64,000 nt of DNA from an uncultured Clostridia bacterium (GCA_944330115.1 CALVIN010000005.1:41542-105541); one strand, 5' to 3'. Numbered from the stretch's first letter, positions 18,978-27,548 are shown. A program made the numbers and translations. Notes: generated from the sequence alone by a model not told the origin.

Positions 18978-19685
18978 TTAATTGCCGCTTACAAGCTGCA
19001 GATAATACTCGTCTATCGCCTTGTCGCCGCACTCCGAAACAAACTGCTCCTTGGTGCAGTCTTTGATTATACTGCCCTTGTTGAGCACAAGGAACCGCGT
19101 AGCAGTTTTTGCAAGCTCATCGAGGATATGGCTGGATATTATCATGGTAACATCTCGCTCGGCATGAATTTTTAAAAGTGCGTTCCTTATCTCGAGTATG
19201 CCCTGCGGATCAAGCCCGTTGATAGGTTCGTCGAACAACAGCAGATCGGGTTCTCCCACCATGGCAAGCGCTATGCCGAGGCGCTGCTTCATGCCCGTTG
19301 AAAAGGCGGCCACATTCTTTTTGCCTACGTTATGCAGTCCCACGAGCTCCAAAAGGCCGTTTATATCCTGCGGCGCATATTTCACCCCGAGGGCAAGCGC
19401 CTTTGCCTTTATATTTTCATAGGCGGACATATCGAAATAATATGCCGGGCGCTCGATGAGCACGCCGATGCGCACCTTGGATTTAAAATGCTCTTTATTT
19501 AAAACAATTTTACCCGAAGTGGGCCGCAGCATATTGCCAATGAGCCTTAAAAGCGTGGTTTTGCCCGCGCCGTTGTTGCCGACGAGGCCATATATTTCAC
19601 CCTGCTCTATGATAAAATTTACATTGTGCAGCACCGTCTTGTTGCGGTAATTTTTCCCGATCCCGTCAACTTTTAAAAGCTCCAT
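18978..19685 (-). CDS. ABC transporter ATP-binding protein (ABC-2 / lantibiotic-bacitracin-type exporter)
   Basis: GNNGAGKTTLL, STGMKQRL, LLLFDEP. The start is ATG 19685 after GGAGGAG. Confidence 0.85.
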   Translation of the reverse strand: MELLKVDGIGKNYRNKTVLHNVNFIIEQGEIYGLVGNNGAGKTTLLRLIGNMLRPTSGKIVLNKEHFKSKVRIGVLIERPAYYFDMSAYENIKAKALALGVKYAPQDINGLLELVGLHNVGKKNVAAFSTGMKQRLGIALAMVGEPDLLLFDEPINGLDPQGILEIRNALLKIHAERDVTMIISSHILDELAKTATRFLVLNKGSIIKDCTKEQFVSECGDKAIDEYYLQLVSGN

Positions 19686-19686
19686 T

Positions 19687-20466
19687 TCAGTAGCTCCTCC
19701 TTCTGACCGCCACATAGCTGAGAAGCGTGAAAACTATCGTGTAGCATATGCCGAGCACAAAGGGGATCACCGTATAACTTTTTCTATTGCTCAAAATGTT
19801 GAATCCACCAAAAACGGTATAAGGATCAATATCGAACCTATCAATTTCTAAATGCATCTTTTCGGCCAATAATGCTACCGTATCATTTATAAAGTCATAC
19901 AGCATGGGGCCGAGCAAAAACATATAGGGCAGAACGATTATTAAAACAATATATTCCCTTTTTATCAGCACGCACAGCAGCATGAGCAGCGAACCTATCG
20001 CCACGGCGTTCATCATCTGCGCAATATAAAACAGATAAAAAAAACCAATCGTAAAACTATCCCTTTCGGGGTTATACATCATCCAGTCATCCGGGTTTGC
20101 GGCAGCCGCAAATATTATATTCACGATAAAATTGAATATATAATACAGCAGACATAAAGCGAATATATAAAATAATTTGGAGAGTATGTAATATGCCTTA
20201 TCCGCCCCGGAATAAGAGGGGAAAATATTTTTTATGAACCCTGAAGAAAGATCCTTTGCAACAAACGGTACTACAAATATCCATGATACTCCCGGCAATA
20301 TATTGTCACTAAATAAATTTGAGTACACGGAAAAATTATTAGAAATTTGGGACTCTATCCCAAAAATCGAATTAAGAGATGTAGCAAAAAATAAAATTAT
20401 TAATAATATCAATAAGACTTTCGACTTAGATATTTTATATAAATCCGCACGCAACATTTTAAGCAT
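19687..20466 (-). CDS. ABC-2-type permease
   Basis: Six or so TM segments. The start I chose overlaps the stop of the upstream mini-ORF (ATGCTTAA). Confidence 0.55.
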   Translation of the reverse strand: MLKMLRADLYKISKSKVLLILLIILFFATSLNSIFGIESQISNNFSVYSNLFSDNILPGVSWIFVVPFVAKDLSSGFIKNIFPSYSGADKAYYILSKLFYIFALCLLYYIFNFIVNIIFAAAANPDDWMMYNPERDSFTIGFFYLFYIAQMMNAVAIGSLLMLLCVLIKREYIVLIIVLPYMFLLGPMLYDFINDTVALLAEKMHLEIDRFDIDPYTVFGGFNILSNRKSYTVIPFVLGICYTIVFTLLSYVAVRRRSY

Positions 20467-20569
20467 AATAACGTCCATCCTTTGGCATTGCCAATCCGAT
20501 TGCAAGCGCTATAATGCAGATGACCGCACAGACAGCGCACAGCAATATTCTTCTTGCCGATTTTAACAT
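20459..20569 (-). CDS. Small (36 aa) hydrophobic peptide, translationally coupled to the ABC-2 permease
   Basis: Own translation: MLKSARRILLCAVCAVICIIALAIGLAMPKDGRYYA. A strong SD (AAGGAGAG) lies 7 nt upstream. It is below the ORF-track length cutoff. Confidence 0.35.
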   Translation of the reverse strand: MLKSARRILLCAVCAVICIIALAIGLAMPKDGRYYA

Positions 20570-20690
20570 AACAAACTCTCCTTTAGATATTCTTTGTTAC
20601 AGCAACTACGCTATAACCATTTGTATTATAGCACCGCTTACTAGTTTGTCAATAAGCGGAAGAAAAATTTTACAAACGCGAACAAAAAAA

Positions 20691-20724
20691 GCGCGGTATC
20701 GCAACTTCTGTTGCGATACCGCGC
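20691..20724 (-). terminator. Intrinsic terminator after the P-type ATPase gene
   Basis: GCGCGGTATCGCAAC-ttct-GTTGCGATACCGCGC with a T7 run on the minus strand. Confidence 0.8.
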
Positions 20725-20760
20725 AAAAATATGCTGATTTATTTCAACTTAACGCAAGTT

Positions 20761-23472
20761 TCATTTCACCGCGCGGGTTTTGCCGTGCGCAAACAGGCTG
20801 CGCACGAGCTTTACAACTTCCGATACGACTATTATGCTGAACGCCATTGCGAATACCTTGAGCCAGTCGATGATGTTGAGGCCGTTGGTATCGAACACGT
20901 CGCCGCCGAACTGCGTTATTATTATCTGAAGCACGAAGGTGCCTGCAAATACGGCGAGCATGATGTGGTTTTTGAGGAAGTTTTTGAATATGCTGGTGTT
21001 GCCGAGCTCCCTCGAGTTGAAGGCGTTGAACAGCTGGAAGAGCACGAACAGCGTGAATACCGCCGTGGCCTGGTGCCCCTCCTCTATGCCGAGGAAGTTG
21101 AGCTCGGTCTGCAATACGACGATGAGCGTCATATACAGGCCGTTTACTATTATGCGCGAGAGCATATCCTTTGTGACTATGCTTGAATTTCTCGGCGTGG
21201 GACTGCGGTCCATGAGGCCGTCGCGCATGGGTTCGAGGCCGAGCGTTACGGCGGGAGGGCCGTCCATGATGAGGTTTATCCACAGCATCTGCAGCGCCGT
21301 GAAGGGGTTGCCTATGTCGAGCACCACGCAGATAAACACTATGAGCATGGACGAGAGGTTTACCGTGAGCTGGAACTGAATGAAGCGCTGGAAATTTTCG
21401 TATATGCCCCTGCCCCACTGCACTGCCGTGACTATCGTGGAGAAGGAGTCGTCCAGAAGGACGATGTCGCTCGCCTCCTTCGAAACTTCGGTGCCCGTTA
21501 TGCCCATCGCAACGCCGACGTCGGCATTCTTTATGGCGGGGGCGTCGTTTATGCCGTCGCCCGTTACGGCGACTACGTTGCCCTGCGCCTTGAGCGCCTT
21601 TACCACGCGCATCTTTATTACGGGGGTGGAGCGCGCTATAACGCGTATCTTCTTTATTATCTCGGAGAACTCCTCGTCGGAGAGGTTCTCCACGTCCTTT
21701 GCCTCCACGGCGATGTGGTCGTCGTCGAGTATGCCCAGCTGGGTGGCTATCGCCTTGGCGGTGATTATGTTGTCGCCCGTGAGCATCTTTATATCTATGC
21801 CGGCATGGCGGCAGCGCTCTACGGCGGCGAACACGTCGGAGCGGAGAGGATCGGAGATGACGACGAAGCCGTCGAATATCATGCCGCTCTCAACTAAGGC
21901 GCGCTCGTTGTCGAAGTCGTACTCCCTTTCGAGGGTGCGGTGCGCAAGGCCGATAACTCTCCCCGCCTGCGCCTGGTAGGAGGCGATGGCCTCCTCCGCC
22001 GCCCTCTTATCTTCGGGCGCCATGTTGCACATGGATATTATCTTTTCGGGGCTGCCCTTGGTGTATGCCACCGCCTCGCCCATCTCGTCGACGACGGTAG
22101 TCATGTTCTTGGTTTCGGAAGAGAAGGGGTAGCGGTATATCTGCCTGTACCCGCCGCGCACCGACCGGTATTCCACGCCCGACTTGTGCGCCGCCACGAG
22201 CATTGCGCACTCGGTGGGGTTGCCTATGAACTCCGTCCTGTCGCCATTAAAGTGCACGTCGGCGGTGGAATTTACGCAGAAGTTGCGCATCATTGCGCTG
22301 TCTTTGGGGATCTCTGCGGGAGAGAGGCGGGTGTTGCCCGTCTGCACGTCGGTCACCGTCATTCTGTTTTCGGTGAGGGTGCCCGTCTTATCCGAACATA
22401 TTACGTTTATGCAGCCCACAGTCTCGCAGGCGACGAGCTTTTTGACGAGCGCGTTCTGCTTTGACATCTTTATTATGTTTATTGCAAGCGTCACCGCCAC
22501 TATCGTGGGCAGGCCCTCGGGCACGGCGGCAACTATGAGCACGATACTGTCGATAAACGCTTCGGAGAACAGACGGAATATCTCGTTTGCGTGCATGTTT
22601 GCAAACAGCAGCGCGGGATCGGGGCCTGCAAACCCCGCGACGAGTATCTCTATCACCTGCACCACAAATATGAGTGCGGCGGCTATCGCGCCCACCGTGG
22701 TTATGAGCTTGCCGAGCTTTGCAAGTTTTTCCTGCAGGGGGGTGCTCGACTTATCCTGATTGGTGAGCTCGCGGGCTATCTTGCCAAATTCGGTATTGTC
22801 GCCCACGCCCGTTATCACGGCGCGGCCCGAGCCGCCCGTTATAAAGCAGCCCGAATAGAGCATGTTGTGCCGCTCGGCGACGGGGGTGTTTTCGGCCGGG
22901 CAGATAAAGGAGGCGTCCTTTTTTACCGCCATACTCTCGCCGGTTAGGGCGCTCTCGTCGGACTGGAGCTGGGTGCTCTCTATAAGCCTGCCGTCGGCGG
23001 GCAGCTTTGCGCCCGTCTCAACACATAAAATGTCGCCTACCACCACCTCGCGCTGGGGTATCATCGTTACCTCGCCGCCGCGCACCACCTTCACCTGCGT
23101 ATCTTCGCCTATGCGCGAGAGCGCCTCGAACGCCTTTGCGCTGCGGTGCTCCATTACGACGGAGATGGCCACCGAGATGACTACGGCGACTACGATGCCC
23201 ACGCACTCTATCCAGTCGAATTCGCCGCCCGTGCACACCGAAACAATCTGCACGGCGATGGTTATGGCGAGCGCTACGAGCAGAATGATGAGCATGGGCT
23301 CGCACAGCGCCTCCCAGATGCGGCGAAGGATAGACTTGGGCTTTTCGCGCGTGAACTGGTTTTGGCCGTAAGTTTTGCGGCTCTCTTCCACCTCGGACGG
23401 GGACAGACCCTTGGAAGGGTCGACCTTCATTTCCGAGAGGACGTCATGCGCGGACTGCATGTACTCCTTCAT
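20761..23472 (-). CDS. Cation-transporting P-type ATPase (P2-type, Ca2+/Mn2+ exporter-like)
   Basis: CSDKTGTLT phosphorylation motif, TGES, TGDGINDAPA, 10-TM layout. Confidence 0.9.
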   Translation of the reverse strand: MKEYMQSAHDVLSEMKVDPSKGLSPSEVEESRKTYGQNQFTREKPKSILRRIWEALCEPMLIILLVALAITIAVQIVSVCTGGEFDWIECVGIVVAVVISVAISVVMEHRSAKAFEALSRIGEDTQVKVVRGGEVTMIPQREVVVGDILCVETGAKLPADGRLIESTQLQSDESALTGESMAVKKDASFICPAENTPVAERHNMLYSGCFITGGSGRAVITGVGDNTEFGKIARELTNQDKSSTPLQEKLAKLGKLITTVGAIAAALIFVVQVIEILVAGFAGPDPALLFANMHANEIFRLFSEAFIDSIVLIVAAVPEGLPTIVAVTLAINIIKMSKQNALVKKLVACETVGCINVICSDKTGTLTENRMTVTDVQTGNTRLSPAEIPKDSAMMRNFCVNSTADVHFNGDRTEFIGNPTECAMLVAAHKSGVEYRSVRGGYRQIYRYPFSSETKNMTTVVDEMGEAVAYTKGSPEKIISMCNMAPEDKRAAEEAIASYQAQAGRVIGLAHRTLEREYDFDNERALVESGMIFDGFVVISDPLRSDVFAAVERCRHAGIDIKMLTGDNIITAKAIATQLGILDDDHIAVEAKDVENLSDEEFSEIIKKIRVIARSTPVIKMRVVKALKAQGNVVAVTGDGINDAPAIKNADVGVAMGITGTEVSKEASDIVLLDDSFSTIVTAVQWGRGIYENFQRFIQFQLTVNLSSMLIVFICVVLDIGNPFTALQMLWINLIMDGPPAVTLGLEPMRDGLMDRSPTPRNSSIVTKDMLSRIIVNGLYMTLIVVLQTELNFLGIEEGHQATAVFTLFVLFQLFNAFNSRELGNTSIFKNFLKNHIMLAVFAGTFVLQIIITQFGGDVFDTNGLNIIDWLKVFAMAFSIIVVSEVVKLVRSLFAHGKTRAVK

Positions 23473-23553
23473 AAAAACCTCCGTTTAGAAATAAGTATAC
23501 CGGAAATAGAGGCTGCGCATACGCGCGGGCCTGCGCGGCCGATCTCCGCGCAC

Positions 23554-23588
23554 AAAAAAATACCCGCAAGCTGCCCTTCAGCTTACGG
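23554..23588 (-). terminator. Leader terminator (expression platform of the upstream riboswitch)
   Basis: Minus strand: CCGTAAGCTG-aaggg-CAGCTTGCGG followed by a T7 run, inside the ATPase 5' UTR. Confidence 0.6.
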
Positions 23589-23621
23589 TTTAAAAAAACT
23601 CACCGTATAGCCGAAAGAGGT

Positions 23622-23720
23622 TATACGTGAGTCTGATAATTTAAGGCAGGCCAGGCGCAATGCCACGATGTTGGTTGACTGCCACTCGCTTGCGCGAGCT
23701 TACTACTCCCCCACGGGATT
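23622..23720 (-). promoter_or_regulatory. Probable yybP-ykoY (Mn2+) riboswitch aptamer
   Basis: The minus strand reads CGTGGGGGAGTAG-[GCTCGC-gcaa-GCGAGT hairpin]-GGCAG...CTGCC...TATCAGACTCACG. The GGGGAGUAG hallmark and a 3' xCAGAC element close a CGTG/CACG helix. It sits upstream of a P-type ATPase, a known association. Confidence 0.55.
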
Positions 23721-23870
23721 TGATTGTAATTAAATGATAACAGAACGGGCGGGGGATGTCAACAGAATTTTTGTAAAATTTACGAAATTTATGTATTTTT
23801 TACAGCCGTGAATTCTTTGCGGGCTGCGCGCGGACGGCAAAAAAAACGGCGGGATTTTTGCAGACAAAGG

Positions 23871-24482
23871 TCACTCCACGGCGCCGGCGGAGGAATTTTG
23901 CGAATGCTCAAGCGCCTCGCCGGCATCTTCTGCGGGAGCGTTAAAAAATACCGCGTTTATAAAGCGGGCGGCGCGGGCGCAGTCCACCACATACTTCACC
24001 TGCTTTTTTACCGGCCTCCGGCCGCGGGAGATATAAAAGGTGACTTTGCCGTAGTTTAAATTGCCCGAATACGCCCAGCCGTTGAGCACAAAGGCAAGTT
24101 TTGCGCGCGAGGCCGTCACCCTTACCACCTCGGCGGCGGGGATATACTCGCGCTCCCCGTTTTTGTGGCAGAGCACGAAGAAGCCGTCGTGACGGTAGGC
24201 TATGGTGTAGGGCGCGGCGCGGCCGCTTACGCTCGCGTCGTTTACGGCGCGGCAAAAGAGCAGCACGCACAGCACGCCGTCGGCGGCGATGAGCACGGCC
24301 GTTATGCTCCAGAACAGCCATATGGTGCCGCGGAAGAACAGCACGTTGAGCGACTGGACGAGCACGAGCAGGCACGCGCTTATTATTATGGCGAGGAACA
24401 CCGAGCCCGTTATCGCCTCCCTCTTGTTTATGGTAACGCGCCCCGCTATGGGCGTTATCTTTATTCCGTCTTCATTCATCAC
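23871..24482 (-). CDS. Hypothetical membrane protein (two TM segments plus a C-terminal soluble domain)
   Basis: 203-aa ORF with hydrophobic segments (SVFLAIIISACLLVLV, LFWSITAVLIAADGVLCVLLF). I recognise no family. Confidence 0.45.
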   Translation of the reverse strand: MMNEDGIKITPIAGRVTINKREAITGSVFLAIIISACLLVLVQSLNVLFFRGTIWLFWSITAVLIAADGVLCVLLFCRAVNDASVSGRAAPYTIAYRHDGFFVLCHKNGEREYIPAAEVVRVTASRAKLAFVLNGWAYSGNLNYGKVTFYISRGRRPVKKQVKYVVDCARAARFINAVFFNAPAEDAGEALEHSQNSSAGAVE

Positions 24483-24763
24483 TGCACCCGTATACAGCGG
24501 AAGTCCTTAAAAATTTTGCCTGTATTTTACCGCTGCGCAAACTATTTTATCACCGGCGGACGGAGATGTCAAATAAGCATTTTTTTGCGCATATGCAATT
24601 TTTAGGGCGCAGAGGAAAAAAATTTGCGCATGTTTGCCCTTTTTGCGGTAAAAATACCCGCCTTTTGCATAAAATATCGGCGGGCGGCCGCATTTTTGCG
24701 GCCGCCCGCCCAACTTTTGACCGATTGTAAATTTTTGCCGCCCGCGGCGGCTCACGCAGCGCC

Positions 24764-25066
24764 TCAGCCGGCCTTTACTATATCTATGAGCGTGGTCACG
24801 CCCTGCTCGTCGAGCTGGTCGTAGATATCCTCGCGCACGTTTATGAGCGACATCTTTGCCTCGCCGAGCTTCTTTTTGGTGGAGAGGAGCAGCATTACCC
24901 CCTCCTTGGTGAGTTTTTTAACTCCGCCGCAGTCGATGACGAACTGCTTTACGCCGCCGAGGTTGTCCTTGAAAAAGGCCTCGGTCGCGGGAATGCTCTC
25001 GGCGCACACGTCGCCCTCGAGCCACACCGTCAAAAGGTCGCCCTCGCGCTGACTTCTTATATCCAT
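24764..25066 (-). CDS. STAS-domain protein (anti-sigma-factor-antagonist-like)
   Basis: 100 aa with the typical STAS pattern (LTVWLEGDV...FVIDCGGVKKLTKEGVMLLL...LINVREDIYDQLD). No partner kinase or phosphatase lies nearby. Confidence 0.7.
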   Translation of the reverse strand: MDIRSQREGDLLTVWLEGDVCAESIPATEAFFKDNLGGVKQFVIDCGGVKKLTKEGVMLLLSTKKKLGEAKMSLINVREDIYDQLDEQGVTTLIDIVKAG

Positions 25067-25349
25067 ATTACCCTCCGCGGCAGCGCCGCTTACTCTTTCA
25101 GTTCAGTTAATATAACTTACGGAGCGGGTTTTGTCAAGTCTTTTGCCGCCGCAAAGCGGGGCGTAAATGGCTGAAAACAGAGCTTTCAAAGGGAAACCTG
25201 CCGCATTTTGTCATATATTGCCGCCCGCGGGTGCCCGCTGCACGCACCAAAAATGCCGCCGTTTTGCGCTCCGCGCCTGCGTGCGCGACTACATTATATA
25301 GTCGCCCCTCTCGCAGCCTTCCGCCGGCACGCGGCCGCGGGTCAGCGCG

Positions 25350-25419
25350 GAAAAAACTTTAAAAAAATATAAAAAATTTTTGATTTACCCCTTGACAAAC
25401 GGCAAATAGATGGTATAAT
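25350..25419 (+). promoter_or_regulatory. Near-consensus sigma-A promoter with an A/T-rich UP-like tract
   Basis: UP-like aaaaaactttaaaaaaatataaaaaattttt, then -35 TTGACA (25392-25397), a 16-nt spacer, and an extended -10 TGgTATAAT (25411-25419). Confidence 0.7.
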
Positions 25420-26163
25420 GAAGGTACAAAAAGATAAAAACGAACAAAAAATGTTAGCGCTAAACATTTTAACGAATAACTTTAAAGAGGTAAAAGATGA
25501 CTTTTAAGTAGCCCCGAAAGGGGGTCAATGTTATACCGTAGAGCGGGGAGCGAAAAGCGTACCGCCCGTTGATATAAATTGAATAGCAAAAAGGAGGTAA
25601 ATCAAAATGACCAAAAAAATTCTTTACTTCCGCAAAGCTACTACGTTATAAAAGGAGGGTAGTCCAATGAACAGTTTTACCCGGGAGACCTTATTCTGAA
25701 AACACGGTTTTAATTTCGCAGGGATTTGAATCGGTTTTCTGAAATCAGGTCTGAAACCGAAGGACCGCACGTGAACGGATACGAGCGGAAAAGTCCCGAA
25801 CAAAAAATTCTATCAGATTTCAAAAGTCTGCGAAAGAGTTGAGATATTCGGACAGAAAAATTTTTTAAAGACCTGAATGAAGGGTTTTTAATTCCGGATA
25901 CAAAGATTCCGACGGACGGGAAATTAAAAAACAATTTGCCTGTATATTGAAATTTGAACGCGGAAGCGCGAAAGAAGAGAAAATTTTAGCGACGGACAGA
26001 TCCACTCCCATCTTGAAACGTTGAGGATACTGAAGTTTGAGGGCTGAAGACCGAAAGCACAGCGATTCGACCTGTATGGCGTTTGCCGCAAGTGCATGGA
26101 TGGCACCGTATAAAAAGCGGAAGCGGGTCTCGAAATTAAAATTTAATAACTTTGAAAACAATA

Positions 26164-26192
26164 CCTGCACAGACGTAATTGTGCAGGTTTTT
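26164..26192 (+). terminator. Internal terminator-like hairpin inside the ncRNA candidate
   Basis: CCTGCACA-gacgta-a-TTGTGCAGG followed by TTTTT. It could produce a shorter isoform of about 765 nt or simply be a structural helix. Confidence 0.35.
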
Positions 26193-26728
26193 GTGCCCGA
26201 ACTGCCGGTTTTAAGGGAAGGCGCGCATTCCCCCTCTGCCGCAAAGTTTTGCAGGACCGGCCGAGAGATGGGCAACAATAATATTTAAAGGCCGAATTGG
26301 GCGGGCAGAGCCGCCCGCATACAGAGCATGTTAAACGGTCTGTCTATCAACGTGTGCGGGAGGGCGATGCAACGGCCGCAAAATAGCGAAGCCCACGGGT
26401 CTTTGAATGAGCTTTTTTATCTTGAAACTGCGTATCTTTATATCCTGAAACATTATCGGAAAAATTATCGGAAACATAATTGCGGAAATGTGCCGTAGCA
26501 TACGGCACATCAGACCTGCGCACACCGCGCGGGCGTACAGGAACGAGAATTTCGCAGTCGGGAGCAAAAAAGCCGCTCCTTACACCGCGCAGCACGGCGC
26601 GGCAGGAGTTTTAAGCGCAAGTGCGGAAGGGAAGCGCGCAGTTATTGGGCAACTGCAAACCGCACATAAGGAGCCGACTTATAAGGCGCTTTGATCTTGG
26701 CGCCGAAGCTCCGTGACTGTGTAAAAGT

Positions 26729-26768
26729 ACTCCCCTTGCGGCCAAAACCGCTCGGGGAGTGTTTTTTT
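26729..26768 (+). terminator. Intrinsic terminator ending the ncRNA candidate
   Basis: ACTCCCC-tt-GCGG-ccaaaa-CCGC-tc-GGGGAGT, then G and a T7 run. Confidence 0.75.
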
Positions 26769-26927
26769 ATAAAAATATAAGGGCAGATGTGCCGCAGGCA
26801 ACCCGGCCGCAGCCATTAGCGGCCGCAGGGAGCACCGTGGCCGCGGTGTTAAACGGTTATATAGTGTGGAATAAAAACGCCGTGCTTTTATAAGTGCGGA
26901 AAAACATCTTATAGTATGAAGGCAAAA

Positions 26928-26960
26928 TTACGGCGGAGCGATTTTCCTCGCTCCGCCGTA
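26928..26960 (-). terminator. Hairpin closing the minus-strand repeat block (convergent with the ncRNA terminator)
   Basis: ACGGCGGAGCG-attttcc-tCGCTCCGCCGT, T-rich on both sides. Confidence 0.4.
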
Positions 26961-27007
26961 TTTACATTTGCCCCTCCGCCTCCCCTTTAAGGACGAGTGC
27001 GCGGCAC

Positions 27008-27300
27008 ACCTTGCCGTCCCTATAGAGAAGGTGGCAGATGCGAGCACAGCGAGCATATGACGGAAGGGTTTATATATGCGCATTCTTTTAACCCTTCTGG
27101 CACGGCTGTGCGCGCCACCGTCTCGCGCGGTGCAAGGTAAACACCGCGCTTGGTCACCGTTCGCGCCTGACATATGCGCTCACTCATCTCGCTGAGGCAC
27201 GCACAATGGGTATCCATTGTGCTATGAAATGCCTTGCTCGTCCTTCAGGGGAGACGAGGGAATATGTTACGCCGCTCTCTCCGATACCTGCCCTCTGCAC
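27008..27300 (+). repeat. Partial copy (C) of the ~320-bp structured repeat plus an inverted AACCCTTCCG module
   Basis: Core 27125-27245: GCGCGGTG-caaggtaaa-CACCGCGC, TTGGTCACCGTTCGCGC, ATATGCGCTCACTCATCTC, GCACAATGG-gtat-CCATTGTGC, TATGAAATGCC. It is collinear with 31298-31420 and 61695-61815. Confidence 0.8.
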
Positions 27301-27307
27301 CCGTGCG

Positions 27308-27548
27308 GTGAAACCCCACCTTTAATTCCTCCCCTCAAAGGGGAGGTAAATTAGTAGTATGCCCCCTCAAAGGGGAGGTGGGTTGAGCGGACTGTGCCGC
27401 TCCTTCGAGGACGAGCGAGGCAAATGCGCGAAACTGTATAGCGCGAAACGCATAATAACGGGCGGGTGGGCGGGACCACTCCACCGCCCCTTTGAGGGGA
27501 GGTGGCGCGCGAAGTGCAACGGAGCGTGACGGAGGGGTTTCACCCTCC
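27308..27548. repeat. Cluster of GC-rich hairpin repeats (CCTCCCCTCAAAGGGGAGG x3 plus the long GAAACCCCTCCGTCAC module in inverted orientation)
   Basis: Hairpins at 27328-27347, 27361-27380 and 27483-27506; ...AACGGAGCGTGACGGAGGGGTTTCAC at 27509-27545. Confidence 0.85.

Larger units (their letters stand above)
25426..26768 (+). ncRNA. Candidate giant (about 1.3 kb) structured non-coding RNA of unknown family
   Basis: It lies between the consensus promoter and an intrinsic terminator. There is no plus-strand ORF of 100 aa or more, and the longest (83 and 68 aa) are alternative-start and low-complexity. A-rich linkers separate many GC-rich hairpins, e.g. CCCC-gaaa-GGGG 25512-25523, CGCG-gaag-CGCG 25959-25970, 26164-26187, 26299-26318, GTGCCGTA-gca-TACGGCAC 26490-26508 and 26685-26704. 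Confidence 0.5.

Noticed and set aside
25776-25800. ACGAGCGGAAAAGTCCCGAAC resembles the RNase P P4 element GAGGAAAGUCCGGGC
   Set aside because: The match is only partial. The other universally conserved RNase P blocks (for example the GGUAAGAGC-type J11/12 region) are not visible, and the locus is three times too long.
25865-26278. 137-aa minus-strand ORF, 83-aa (26037-26288) and 68-aa (26488-26694) plus-strand ORFs, and the 74-aa ORF at 25710-25934, all inside the protein-free interval
   Set aside because: None has an SD. Several use alternative starts. Their compositions are low-complexity or atypical (Ser/Phe/Leu-rich or Arg-rich). They overlap each other on both strands, and they cut across obvious hairpins. 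I treat them as chance frames in a non-coding RNA locus.
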